Both the position numbers and the translations under genes were made by a program. Source: an uncultured virus (IMG/VR IMGVR_UViG_3300021387_003972) (Duplodnaviria; Heunggongvirae; Uroviricota; Caudoviricetes). Taken from it: 20,650 bases of DNA. The stretch is taken from the IMG/VR virus record IMGVR_UViG_3300021387_003972; one strand, given 5' to 3'. Shown one piece after another: positions 1 to 9,577 of the stretch. The notes under the pieces were generated by a model. That model was not told the DNA's origin. It saw only the letters and a list, made by a program, of their open reading frames with translations, and searched no databases. How positions within the stretch are numbered: the first letter of the stretch is position 1; each line of letters opens with the position of its first letter.

Positions 1-2084
1 AATTCCGATTTCTTACCATAACTTGTGATATACGCACCCTTCTGAGCTCTCGTAAGTGCCACATAAAGCAGGCATTTTTCAGCTGTCAGCGTCTCCATCT
101 CTGATATCGCATCTGTCCTGTTTATAGCAGAAGGAAGCGGTATAACTCTGTTATTCACAGCAGCGATAAATACGTACTGGAATTCCAGTCCTTTAACCCT
201 GTGCATAGTTGCGACACGCACTCCGTCCAGGGAACGATCTTCCGTTTTGCTTCTCTTGATCTCATATGCACGGAGCCCGGCACGAGTAATTTGAGCAATA
301 TAGTCGTCCACAAGCTTTCTCGTTCTTGCCACAAGACAGATGTTGGATAAAGCCACTCCCGCTTCTTTTAACTTCTTGATTTCATTCAGAATAAATGAAA
401 GTTCTTCTCCAGCGTCACCAAATGCTTTTACAACAGGCTTTAAGCCGTGTGTAAGAGACTGGCACCGGTCTCCAAGATCAGAGCCGTCATCCAGATCATC
501 AAAGGAAATACCATTCAGTAGCGCAAACGCATATCTCCTGATTTCCTCTGTAGTACGATAGTTGATACGCAGAATGCTGCTGCGGCCTCTTACATTAATG
601 CCACATTTTGACAGAGCCGGTCGATTCCGATATATCCTTTGGTGAGAGTCGCCAACAATAAATAGATCGTTCTGATGGTCTTCTCCGGCCAAGGCGCGTA
701 GCAACCTATATGCGTTGTCGCTAAAATCCTGGGCTTCGTCTACAATGATATGCGCGTACCTTGGCCTGCTTCCAGCCGCTTCCAATAGTTTTCTGCTCTC
801 ATACATGGCCATGTTTATATCACGAATCTGATTCTCCTTCATCAGGTTCTGATAAGCATCAAATACTTTCCAAACAAGTATGCGCTTCTTTCTGTCTAGA
901 CGAGTTCCTCGGCCATTGCGAGATGCTTTGACATATTTTTCCAATGACATCGCTTCCTGGGATACAACAACTCGGTTCCACTCTTCTTCATAGAATCCCG
1001 TATCAAAAGGCAGATCTACATTTGCCAGAAGCACTGCTTTTTCCCATAAACTGCTGATATTGTCATAATTGATCTGCGCGGAAAAACCGGACTCACGTAA
1101 GAACTGATTTACCCATGCATCCAGGTGAATCACTTCAATCCTGCGCAGTTCTTCCAGCGTACAGATCTTTCTTAGATTCTCGCGTATATCAGATGCAAGA
1201 TTTGCCGTGAATGTCGTGAACAGAATCCTCCCGCTGTCACTCAGTTGTGCCGCCAGGTGCTTAGCTCGATGCATAGCAACGACAGTCTTTCCTGTACCTG
1301 CTCCCCCAAGTACACGTGCAGGACCAGAATAATTCCGATTCACGATTTTTCTCTGCGTCGGATGTAGGAACACACGCCACTTCTCCAACGGTTCCGCCAT
1401 AATCCTACGCAGCTCATCTTCGCCTTCTACTACAACAAATGACTTGAGAGATAGCGGGAGTTCCAATGCTTCAGATAGGTTACCCTTGGCATCCTTGCCG
1501 CCTCGTTCTTCCTTTGCATAATCAAGCACTTCGTTGATCGGAATGCCTTCTACGATCCACGATAAATACTCAAATGCATCCTGCGGCATTGCACCCTTCG
1601 CCGAATAGAACGCTTCTTTGTTTGTAAAGGCATACACAAATCCCAGCTGTTCTTCAGGAACACCAAGTTCCAACAGCTGTTCATTCGTAGTTTCTTTGAA
1701 CAGAGAGGCCTCAGCAGGAACGGATACCTCTTCTTTTACTGTTTGCACATCAAAGATCTGAACAGCGCCTGTTTTGGGGTTGACTTCACAGCGTTTTCGC
1801 GCGGCCCAGTCGTAAGCCTCGTCATGATGGTCCACCCAAAGGAGCAGGTATACACCTGTTTCCTGTTCTCTGACAACAATGCCTCTATAAGTATCATCAA
1901 TGCGGACAGAATAAATCTTCTTGTCTACACCTTTGCTGATCTTCTCATAATTAATCCCGGGCGAAGTAGGATCATTCCGGAATTTATTGATAAACTCCGT
2001 CACTTTCCCTTGTATATTTCTCGGAAGCCGTGCAAATGCAGTAAGAAAATCCGCTGATATTGCTACTTTCACATTGTCTGCCAT
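1..2084 (-). CDS. UvrD/Rep-like SF1 helicase with an N-terminal RelE/ParE-like domain (3' end truncated by the window; 694 codons visible). Probable fourth core gene of the DISARM/ARMADA-like system
   Basis: Translated by hand because it is absent from the ORF track (no stop inside the window). ATG at 2084-2082 overlaps the upstream TGA (TGATG), with GGAGGTGA at 2098-2091. Starts MADNVKVAISADFLTAFARLPRNIQGKVTEFINKFRNDPTSPGINYEKI...YSVRIDDTYRGIV...LLWVDHHDEAYDWA. Then FLHPTQ, Walker A GGAGTGKT, TFTANL, Walker B IVDEAQD, VGDSHQRIY, INYRTT, TMHRVKGLEF and LYVALTRA. The frame stays open to position 3 (...YITSYGKKSE). Confidence 0.93.
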   Translation of the reverse strand, partial: MADNVKVAISADFLTAFARLPRNIQGKVTEFINKFRNDPTSPGINYEKISKGVDKKIYSVRIDDTYRGIVVREQETGVYLLLWVDHHDEAYDWAARKRCEVNPKTGAVQIFDVQTVKEEVSVPAEASLFKETTNEQLLELGVPEEQLGFVYAFTNKEAFYSAKGAMPQDAFEYLSWIVEGIPINEVLDYAKEERGGKDAKGNLSEALELPLSLKSFVVVEGEDELRRIMAEPLEKWRVFLHPTQRKIVNRNYSGPARVLGGAGTGKTVVAMHRAKHLAAQLSDSGRILFTTFTANLASDIRENLRKICTLEELRRIEVIHLDAWVNQFLRESGFSAQINYDNISSLWEKAVLLANVDLPFDTGFYEEEWNRVVVSQEAMSLEKYVKASRNGRGTRLDRKKRILVWKVFDAYQNLMKENQIRDINMAMYESRKLLEAAGSRPRYAHIIVDEAQDFSDNAYRLLRALAGEDHQNDLFIVGDSHQRIYRNRPALSKCGINVRGRSSILRINYRTTEEIRRYAFALLNGISFDDLDDGSDLGDRCQSLTHGLKPVVKAFGDAGEELSFILNEIKKLKEAGVALSNICLVARTRKLVDDYIAQITRAGLRAYEIKRSKTEDRSLDGVRVATMHRVKGLEFQYVFIAAVNNRVIPLPSAINRTDAISEMETLTAEKCLLYVALTRAQKGAYITSYGKKSE

Positions 2085-5000
2085 CAGTTATCACCTCCGA
2101 ATGCACTCTTCATATCATTCAAGTTAAGCAGATCAATAATCTGCCAGCCTTCCGCTTCCAGTCTTTCTTTATCCTCCAGCTGTTCTCCAGTAAGGAATCC
2201 GATCTTCAGATCCGGCCATGCAATTTCTACCGTCGCTATAATAGCTCCATCAGACCCTTCAACCTCATAACCGATATTGTCTTCTGATGCCGCCGGGATG
2301 CCTTCATCCTGTGCAGCTTGGGCAAATGCCTTAGCATCATTATCAAACAGAAGTTCCAGAATCGCAGCCCATCCTTCATCTGAAGCTGTATCTGTAGAAA
2401 CAACTGGTGCCTGAGCAAAAGCGGGAAGATTCAAATAAGTGACCTGCTCTAGACCACTGGAAGAAACAGCGATGTAGTCTTTTGCAAACTGCATCACATT
2501 AGAGAAATGGAAGAATCCGTTCCACTCATGCTCGTAACGATCCGAACGGTTGTCCTTCTCATCCTTCAAAACAGCACATACAGCAGGCTGCTCCCCACGC
2601 TTCATCTGATCAGGAAGAATTCCTGCATAGATTGCAAGATGTGCGTTGTTCTGTCGCGGTACCCATGTTCCAAAGGCTGTCCCCGGGAATGGATACGTTG
2701 TCTCTGTATAATGTGTTTGATCCTTCACTTTTTCAACCGTTTCATTCCAAGTAGTGAAGGCAAGATTGTTCTTCATCAGTCCTGGCTCAAGGAGAGACAA
2801 ACCATATGCATATGCATGGATCCGGAACAGTCTTTCAGCATCTGGATTTTCCAGATAGAAAATCAGCTGATCGAAAGCAGAAAGCTTTGATGGATTCAGC
2901 TTTTCTGCCTGCTCCTTCTTAACTGCGCTCAGATACATTCTTGTACCAGAAGGCATTTTTGTCGCTTCCAATGTATCCGTCGCATAATCGCCTTGTGTAG
3001 CAAATACATTCTGAACATCCTTAAAGCTCAGAGACCATACACGGAAGTTTCCGCTTCTGCGAATTGCCTCCCGCTTTAGAGTATCGTCTGCAACATTGTC
3101 CTTGTGGTATGTAAAACCATCAGTAAATACCGCTATCGGCAGGTGATCCGGTGCAGACACTGGCCAAAAGACAAAATCAGGTTTGCATTTTACCTTCACC
3201 CCCTGCTCAGCATCCAGAAGAACCTGAGGTTCAATTTCCCATGCTAAGTCGCCAAGCTTAATGTAATAGCTATGCTTTCCATTTCTGAGTGCGTCATTGA
3301 CATTAGCTGCCCCGACTTTGGTACGGACTGCCTCCATAAAACGCTGCTCCAGTTCACTGTCAAAGAGCGGATTGACTGGAATATCGTTAATCTTGTTAAT
3401 CTTTTCCACATTCTCTTTGCCAGAGAGAATGGACTTTAACAAGCGGATTGCTGCGCTCCTGGAAATGTTTCCGATCTGCCGGCTCTGGCGATATGCATAC
3501 AAGCAGTGATAGCAACCATCCTTTTCCAGATCATCTTTGCATGAACAATTCTCCATCTTATAAAGCGCCTTTTCAAAGATCTCTATAAGGGCATTCTTTT
3601 CATGCATCAGTTGCTTCAGATAGCCTGTTCCGCCGGGAACGGAATCATATATCACCAGATACTGCTTTCGATAATCCGCATCCGGCACAGGCACTTCACT
3701 AACAGTGGCACGCAGGTGATCCACATTTCCGAAATACTCTTTCATTCCCAACATAAAGGCTGCCACAAAAGACTCCATCTTCACAGCAGATGCATCCATG
3801 GTTGTTGCAGGTACCAGCAGGCGCAGTATCTCTGTATTGAATTCCCGGTAGAGAAATAAGCACTCCTCATAAGCTTCTGCTTGCATGAGACTGGTCATTT
3901 TTCGAGTTTTGCAGGCGAAAGAATGATTCGGCTTTCCTCGATCCGGTTGAATCTTTCCGCAGTATTTGCAGATCTTAAAGCCTTTTCGTACATCCTCCAC
4001 GCCAGAGACATACATCTTCTCGCCTACTGTATCACTTTCGCCAAAGTTGATCTCACGAAGCGTCGCTTTACGTACAAATTCATACCCGAATGGGAAGTCT
4101 TCATTGTCCATCCGGTACGCGCTTGTAATATCGGCATCTTCATCAACATCCACTAACAGCTGCTTGCAGTAAAAGATATTGGTACGATCTTCGCTCTCGT
4201 CATTAATCAGGCTCTTTGTATAGTCCATGTTGGAATACACCATCTGGACTTTGAGCATATTCCGCACCTGGCCGGCATCGGCCCATTCGGGGCTTCCGCA
4301 GCGCGGGCAAGCAGCTGTGTGCTTTCCCACTTCTTCAATTTGCGCATGCGAACAAGACGGGCAAAGTCTCCACTTAGCCGCCTGTGCTGTCGTAAGATCA
4401 ACCTGGTCTATTGTCAGCTTTCTGCCATCTACATAGAAACTATTATTAGGTGCAAATTCGCTGATGGCAGAGGATGCCGAACGATTATATTCGTAGACCA
4501 TCTTCTCGTATTTCCGGGTACCCCTTGCTGGAGCCGATGTTCTACTTTCTTCTTCCTTCCGATACAGAACTGCTTTCAGCACAATACCTGCTTCCGGGAA
4601 GGCATAGTTTGGCAACAGTCCTTCATCCGACAGGAAATTGAAGATGTTCTTCTTTCCGAGTTCCTGTAGAACACTGATGAGGGCGGATTCCTCACTCTTC
4701 AGTTCCTTAATTTCTTCATCGTAGGAACTGTCCTTTGGCTTAGCTTCCAGTTCCTTGATCATTTCCTTTAAACTATCAATACTGGATCTAAGTGCCTCCT
4801 GTTGCTTTTTCAGGTCTTCAAATGCATCCAAAATTTTGACATGCATAGGACTATTTTCAGCGCCTTTTCCCCTAGCGAAAGTTTCAAGCTCCTCACGGAT
4901 GACTGAAGACTCCTCGATAGTTCCCCAGGCTCCGACAAACATCTGAATAAATGAGTTCAATTGCCGCGAGAGCGTGCTCTGCACGTAATTCAAGAAGTTG

Positions 5001-8000
5001 AATGGGAACATGTCCTCCGGACGAGAATCCAATTTGTTCAGAACTGTTCCAATATGCTCGGGGATTGCGTTTTCCGCCACGCCTTTCTTAACCCAAGAAT
5101 CCATGCAAAACGCGACAAACTGGCGCTCTAACACGGCTGATGCACGCAGGAAAATCTTCGGTGGTGTCACCTCCCCGGAGATCATATCCATTGGATCTGC
5201 ATAATAGTACAGATCATGAGGGCGTGCATTGGCCACAGCAAGTGTAAGGGCATTGCCGTCTTTTCTGCCAGCGCGTCCAGCTCTCTGAAGGAACTGGCTC
5301 TGTGCCGGTGGCATACTGCAGAGAATAACGGTTGAGAGATCGCCAATATCAATACCCATTTCCAGAGTAGGCGTACAGGAAAGGACATTCGGATCCCATA
5401 GGGCCTTAGACTCTTTTCCTCGTTTGAAATCGATCTCCAGTTGTTCACGGTCCGGGCGCTCCAAAAGTCCCGTGTGTTCACGGGCATTGATGCGCTCTAA
5501 GTCGCCTGAGCTATATAGCTTCCCATAGTATCCAAGGCTAGAAGCCGAAGCTTCACGGATATATCCTCCGCAGTTAGAACGCTGGCAAGGTGCATTCTGC
5601 CAGAATTCAAGATCTTCTGCAGAAACCGAGTAAACAGATCCGCAAGTATCACAGCGCATCTGCACTACATTCAAGGAAACATAAACCTTGTCTTTGTTCA
5701 GACCATATACCTTATATTGCGGAGCAGACGGAACTACGGAAACCACTCCGCATTTAACGGCTTCTTCAAGAATGAACTTACCGAGATAGGCAAAGTTAGT
5801 CTCCTCTACTAATACTGTCTTACAGCATTCCGCAATCCAGTCCGCGTATTTGTTTGAAAATGTAGTATCCACCTCAAAGGATTTTTTGCCTCCGCCTAGA
5901 TTCTCGACAATGAAACGAGGCGTATTGCGTCCAGACTGCCTACCGGGTAACCACCTGTTGCGGTCGTTTGAAAGCATATATCCGTGGAAATTGTTTGTCG
6001 TGTACTCATCAAAGACACTGTCTTCGAATGCGCCGTTCTGACGCATCAGATTCAGATAGCCGATAACCATGCGCTCATAGTCCGCTCTTGTCTCCGCAGA
6101 AAGCACCCCCAGTTCATTTACAGAACGTTCCTCAACTGCTTCTGCTATGGCACGAATATCCTCAGGGTCGAAGGACAAAACAGAGCACCCTGATTTTTCC
6201 AACGTTCTTCCGATCTTTCCGGTAAGACCATACTCCAGCATAATCTCATATTTCAGACGCTGCTCGATCTCATACATCAGAACCTTCGCCTGCTTGTCCT
6301 TGCCAAACTCACGCTTTTCAATCATGTCCTCATAGGCATGCTTCCAGGTTAAATTGGGTGCAATAAAGAAGCTGACAAACTCTTCATCCGTCATCCTCTC
6401 GTGCCAATATTTAATAAACCCATTCTGAAAATCAGCCAGGGACTTACCCGCACCAAACTCAATGCAATACTTCTGCATGGCAGTACGAAGTCCAAATCGC
6501 CAAGTTCTGGAATTAAAGAATCCTGCTCTGTGCGCAGCATCCTGTACGCTATCTGAGAATGCCAGCGTTTTCTTATCATCATTAAATTTAGAAGCAAACA
6601 TCTGAGAAATGCATGCACTAATCTCGGTTGCTCCACGAAGTCCCATCAAGGAAAGACCACGGCGGCTCCCACAACAAGGGCAAATATACTGTTTGTGCTC
6701 TTTTGTTCCTGAAGTACGGATCGGGCTGGGGATAAAGATATCGATCATTTCCGCGCCACAACTTGGACAACTGTCGCCGCCGCCTTCATAATTGATGTCT
6801 ACCTTGAGACAGTCGGGGCAGAGCTTTGCAGGGATCATACCTGCCATATGCTCTTCATGTCCCTTGGGGAACATCATCACGATCTTATCGTCTGCTTTGA
6901 AGTAGCGGTTATAAAATGCCTCCAAATTGTGCATTGTTGCATTCTGCCGCTCGTTCAATATAGAAACCCATCCGGTGATCCCGCAGTCACGGCAATTTAC
7001 CACAGGAAGGTATTCTTTTGCCTGCTGGGCATTCAGATCATGAGCGATTTCATATGTAACTTCCTCCGGATCAACTTTAGCAACAAGGCGGCGCAGCTCT
7101 CTCATCCAAAGCTGTACCTGTACAAACAGGAACGGCCTCAGTTTTCCCAAAACTCCTGTTCTTGCATGAGAAATCAGAGCAAACAGGGACTCGATTACCG
7201 TTTCCGCATCCGTGTATTCTTTCAGCTGCGGATAGTGAACCGAAAGTTCCTCTGCGATCTTGGTAATCTGGTAGTAGTTGCCACCTGTAAGATTGATAAC
7301 TGCCTGCATAAAGCTGTGGTGCATTAAAACATTTCCTAGAAACAGTCTTCCATCGTCAGACATAACGTCTTCAGAAAACTCCGGAAACCAGGCTTTCACT
7401 GCATAGCGCAAATATTCCGCAACATCATCCTCCCCCTCCAGCCGTCCAAGTTTCATTGCCTGCTCCGGAGAAGGCATATCAAAATGTGTGACATCAGCAT
7501 CTGAAAAGAACTCTGTCGCACTCAGCCGATCTTCTGTAATAACCGCATCACGCTCGAAGAACTCACCAAAGATCTCGGTTGCATACTCTATAATGCTGTT
7601 ATTGTTATCCTTCGATCCCATCGTTGCCGATGTGCCGATACAGCAAAGATAACCATCATAGATTCCGAGGCGGCGTTTTAAACGGCGAAGTAGACATGCA
7701 AGGTCCGTACCCTGCGCACCATCAAAAGTATGTAACTCATCGACTGCAATATATTTGAGCGTCTCCGTGCCATTATCCTGCCAGAGGATGGCATCTTTCG
7801 GACGAACTAGCAGATAGTCCAACATCTTATAGTTGGTCATCAGAATATCGGGTGGGTTGTTCAGCAGCGTCTCATGATCTGTAATGACACCATGTTCTGA
7901 CATCATTCGGGCCGGTGTTTCCTCCTGGCCGCCGACATACATACCTACACGCACGTTGCCGCGGAGTTCATTACTGCGATAAATCAGTTCTGCGATTCTC

Positions 8001-8422
8001 TTTGCTTGGTCAGATGCTAGAGCATTCATCGGATAGATAATCATCGCCTTGATGCCCCGTTCACCACGATGCTTATAGCAATACTCCAGAATCGGATACA
8101 GGAAGCATTCTGTCTTACCGGAACCTGTCCCTGTTGCAACCAAGGTTGAACGTCCATCGTCGCCAGTAAGCCGTTCAAAAGCTTTCTGCTGATGAACATA
8201 GGGGAGATACTCCGGATGTATGGATTCAAAACATGTGGGCATCTGCGGTGCTACACGGAAGGGAAGACGCACAGCAACATAGGGCTCATGGTAAACTGAG
8301 TCCTTCGTAGCAAGCAGCTTTTCCACGGAGCCTTTAAAAGGCTCATTGGTCATCGGGAAAGTGGTCTCAATATAATCCCCAATGCCTTTCTCCAATTGTT
8401 TTGCAAGTATGGATGGTAGCAT
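2084..8422 (-). CDS. Large YprA/Hrq1-like DEAD/DEAH SF2 helicase with DUF1998 Zn-binding domain and C-terminal restriction-endonuclease-like (Vsr/DUF559-like) region, 2112 aa
   Basis: PYVHQ Q-motif, TGTGSGKTE (I), YPMNALASDQ (Ia), TNYKMLD (Ib), VDELH (II), TSAT (III), LAFSDSVQDA (IV), TPTLEMGIDIG (V), QRAGRAGR (VI). Also LPNYAFP, YDSVPGGTGYL and CSC-x6-GCYHCL (DUF1998 type). Downstream: FDSELEQRF...KPDFVFWP...IAVFTDGFTYH...RVWSL. TAAGGAGG RBS 9 nt upstream. Confidence 0.93.
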   Translation of the reverse strand: MLPSILAKQLEKGIGDYIETTFPMTNEPFKGSVEKLLATKDSVYHEPYVAVRLPFRVAPQMPTCFESIHPEYLPYVHQQKAFERLTGDDGRSTLVATGTGSGKTECFLYPILEYCYKHRGERGIKAMIIYPMNALASDQAKRIAELIYRSNELRGNVRVGMYVGGQEETPARMMSEHGVITDHETLLNNPPDILMTNYKMLDYLLVRPKDAILWQDNGTETLKYIAVDELHTFDGAQGTDLACLLRRLKRRLGIYDGYLCCIGTSATMGSKDNNNSIIEYATEIFGEFFERDAVITEDRLSATEFFSDADVTHFDMPSPEQAMKLGRLEGEDDVAEYLRYAVKAWFPEFSEDVMSDDGRLFLGNVLMHHSFMQAVINLTGGNYYQITKIAEELSVHYPQLKEYTDAETVIESLFALISHARTGVLGKLRPFLFVQVQLWMRELRRLVAKVDPEEVTYEIAHDLNAQQAKEYLPVVNCRDCGITGWVSILNERQNATMHNLEAFYNRYFKADDKIVMMFPKGHEEHMAGMIPAKLCPDCLKVDINYEGGGDSCPSCGAEMIDIFIPSPIRTSGTKEHKQYICPCCGSRRGLSLMGLRGATEISACISQMFASKFNDDKKTLAFSDSVQDAAHRAGFFNSRTWRFGLRTAMQKYCIEFGAGKSLADFQNGFIKYWHERMTDEEFVSFFIAPNLTWKHAYEDMIEKREFGKDKQAKVLMYEIEQRLKYEIMLEYGLTGKIGRTLEKSGCSVLSFDPEDIRAIAEAVEERSVNELGVLSAETRADYERMVIGYLNLMRQNGAFEDSVFDEYTTNNFHGYMLSNDRNRWLPGRQSGRNTPRFIVENLGGGKKSFEVDTTFSNKYADWIAECCKTVLVEETNFAYLGKFILEEAVKCGVVSVVPSAPQYKVYGLNKDKVYVSLNVVQMRCDTCGSVYSVSAEDLEFWQNAPCQRSNCGGYIREASASSLGYYGKLYSSGDLERINAREHTGLLERPDREQLEIDFKRGKESKALWDPNVLSCTPTLEMGIDIGDLSTVILCSMPPAQSQFLQRAGRAGRKDGNALTLAVANARPHDLYYYADPMDMISGEVTPPKIFLRASAVLERQFVAFCMDSWVKKGVAENAIPEHIGTVLNKLDSRPEDMFPFNFLNYVQSTLSRQLNSFIQMFVGAWGTIEESSVIREELETFARGKGAENSPMHVKILDAFEDLKKQQEALRSSIDSLKEMIKELEAKPKDSSYDEEIKELKSEESALISVLQELGKKNIFNFLSDEGLLPNYAFPEAGIVLKAVLYRKEEESRTSAPARGTRKYEKMVYEYNRSASSAISEFAPNNSFYVDGRKLTIDQVDLTTAQAAKWRLCPSCSHAQIEEVGKHTAACPRCGSPEWADAGQVRNMLKVQMVYSNMDYTKSLINDESEDRTNIFYCKQLLVDVDEDADITSAYRMDNEDFPFGYEFVRKATLREINFGESDTVGEKMYVSGVEDVRKGFKICKYCGKIQPDRGKPNHSFACKTRKMTSLMQAEAYEECLFLYREFNTEILRLLVPATTMDASAVKMESFVAAFMLGMKEYFGNVDHLRATVSEVPVPDADYRKQYLVIYDSVPGGTGYLKQLMHEKNALIEIFEKALYKMENCSCKDDLEKDGCYHCLYAYRQSRQIGNISRSAAIRLLKSILSGKENVEKINKINDIPVNPLFDSELEQRFMEAVRTKVGAANVNDALRNGKHSYYIKLGDLAWEIEPQVLLDAEQGVKVKCKPDFVFWPVSAPDHLPIAVFTDGFTYHKDNVADDTLKREAIRRSGNFRVWSLSFKDVQNVFATQGDYATDTLEATKMPSGTRMYLSAVKKEQAEKLNPSKLSAFDQLIFYLENPDAERLFRIHAYAYGLSLLEPGLMKNNLAFTTWNETVEKVKDQTHYTETTYPFPGTAFGTWVPRQNNAHLAIYAGILPDQMKRGEQPAVCAVLKDEKDNRSDRYEHEWNGFFHFSNVMQFAKDYIAVSSSGLEQVTYLNLPAFAQAPVVSTDTASDEGWAAILELLFDNDAKAFAQAAQDEGIPAASEDNIGYEVEGSDGAIIATVEIAWPDLKIGFLTGEQLEDKERLEAEGWQIIDLLNLNDMKSAFGGDN
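2091..2098 (-). promoter_or_regulatory. Shine-Dalgarno site (GGAGGTGA) of the RelE-like/UvrD gene, inside the last codons of the YprA-like gene
   Basis: Minus strand reads TCGGAGGTGATAACTGATGGCA. Confidence 0.8.
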
Positions 8423-8431
8423 ACTGCACGT

Positions 8432-8439
8432 CCTCCTTA
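8432..8439 (-). promoter_or_regulatory. Shine-Dalgarno site (TAAGGAGG) of the YprA-like helicase
   Basis: Minus strand reads GATAAGGAGGACGTGCAGTATG. Confidence 0.82.
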
Positions 8440-8455
8440 TCCTAATGTCACTCGC

Positions 8456-9577
8456 CTAAACAGAGTAGGCCGACTTATATTTCTTGAACACTGATGCCTT
8501 TATCAGAAATAAGTCCCCCTTACTCCTGGTCATCGCAACATACAACTTGTTAATTGTCGGCACCGGAATTTCCGCCAAAGAAAACTCATCCGTATCTAAC
8601 TTTTCGAATTTATCTGTCAGAATAACACAAGCAGCATCTACTGTATCACCTTTTGAATATGACCAGTTCATGGCCTCAAAAGAGTAGCTTGCAGCTTCGT
8701 TATATACAAGCTTTAAGACTTCCGGGTTTTGCAGAATAGACTCCACCTGAGCTTCTGCAATCCATTTCACTTTACCAGTATTGATCTCCTCAGATTCAAT
8801 ATTGATCCCAAGTTTTTCCTTCACAAAAGTGCAAATATTTTTTGAACACCTTCTGGATTTACTAAGTGTATCCTCATCGATGTCGAATTTTAACCTTTTC
8901 AGTTCATTTACGAAATCGGCATAACCTATATCTTTTTTCTTACATTTGAACGGCTTTCCGGAATTATTTATGGCTGACACAGAGTGCTGAAAGTAGTCTC
9001 CCACAAGAAGAACAGAATTCAGCATTTTGGAAAGCCCAATAATCAAGTCATAATCATGTTCTCTAAAATCCTGAAACTCATCTATAAAAATATGGTCATA
9101 GAATAGATTAAGCCTTTCAGCCGCTCGTTTAAGCAATGAGTCCTTACCCTTCTTGACGTACATAACAAGTTCCGAAATGGTTGCGCAATAATACTGACCG
9201 CCGGCTGTTATGTAGTGATCAAACTGATCCTTGCTCTTGTATTTCGGATTCGGAATGCTTCTAGTGCCTTTTTTTATAGTCTTTGACGGCGGATCAATCG
9301 TTGTTATTCCTTTACTCCGAAACTCATTCTGTCCAAAATATTCTGCTATCGTCGGCTCGTAAGGACAAACAAAATTCCGGTACACAAATGAGTCGAACGT
9401 CATGATACTCGTCAATTCTGGCACTTTGCCGCAAGCATCAACCAACTCATTCTTTATGTTATGAATATTCTCATGCGTATATGCCAATATAAGATTATGC
9501 TTCCGTGGATCTATAGTATGGCATATATGATAAGTTTTTCCTGCACCAGCAACGGCCAGTATTATTCGCTTATCCAT
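8456..9577 (-). CDS. gajB: Gabija GajB-like UvrD-family helicase/ATPase, short form, 373 aa
   Basis: ILAVAGAGKT (Walker A), LAYT, IFIDEFQDF (Walker B), LVGDYFQ, LSKSRRCS, SYSKGDT, KLYVAMTRSK (VI). Lies directly downstream of an OLD-family nuclease with a 16-nt overlap, which is the Gabija arrangement. Confidence 0.87.
   Translation of the reverse strand: MDKRIILAVAGAGKTYHICHTIDPRKHNLILAYTHENIHNIKNELVDACGKVPELTSIMTFDSFVYRNFVCPYEPTIAEYFGQNEFRSKGITTIDPPSKTIKKGTRSIPNPKYKSKDQFDHYITAGGQYYCATISELVMYVKKGKDSLLKRAAERLNLFYDHIFIDEFQDFREHDYDLIIGLSKMLNSVLLVGDYFQHSVSAINNSGKPFKCKKKDIGYADFVNELKRLKFDIDEDTLSKSRRCSKNICTFVKEKLGINIESEEINTGKVKWIAEAQVESILQNPEVLKLVYNEAASYSFEAMNWSYSKGDTVDAACVILTDKFEKLDTDEFSLAEIPVPTINKLYVAMTRSKGDLFLIKASVFKKYKSAYSV

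Noticed and set aside
2803..2817. Overlapping 12-bp palindromes CATATGCATATG / ATGCATATGCAT
   Set aside because: Lie inside coding sequence (His-Ala-Tyr-Ala-Tyr), occur once, and are explained by the codon repeat.
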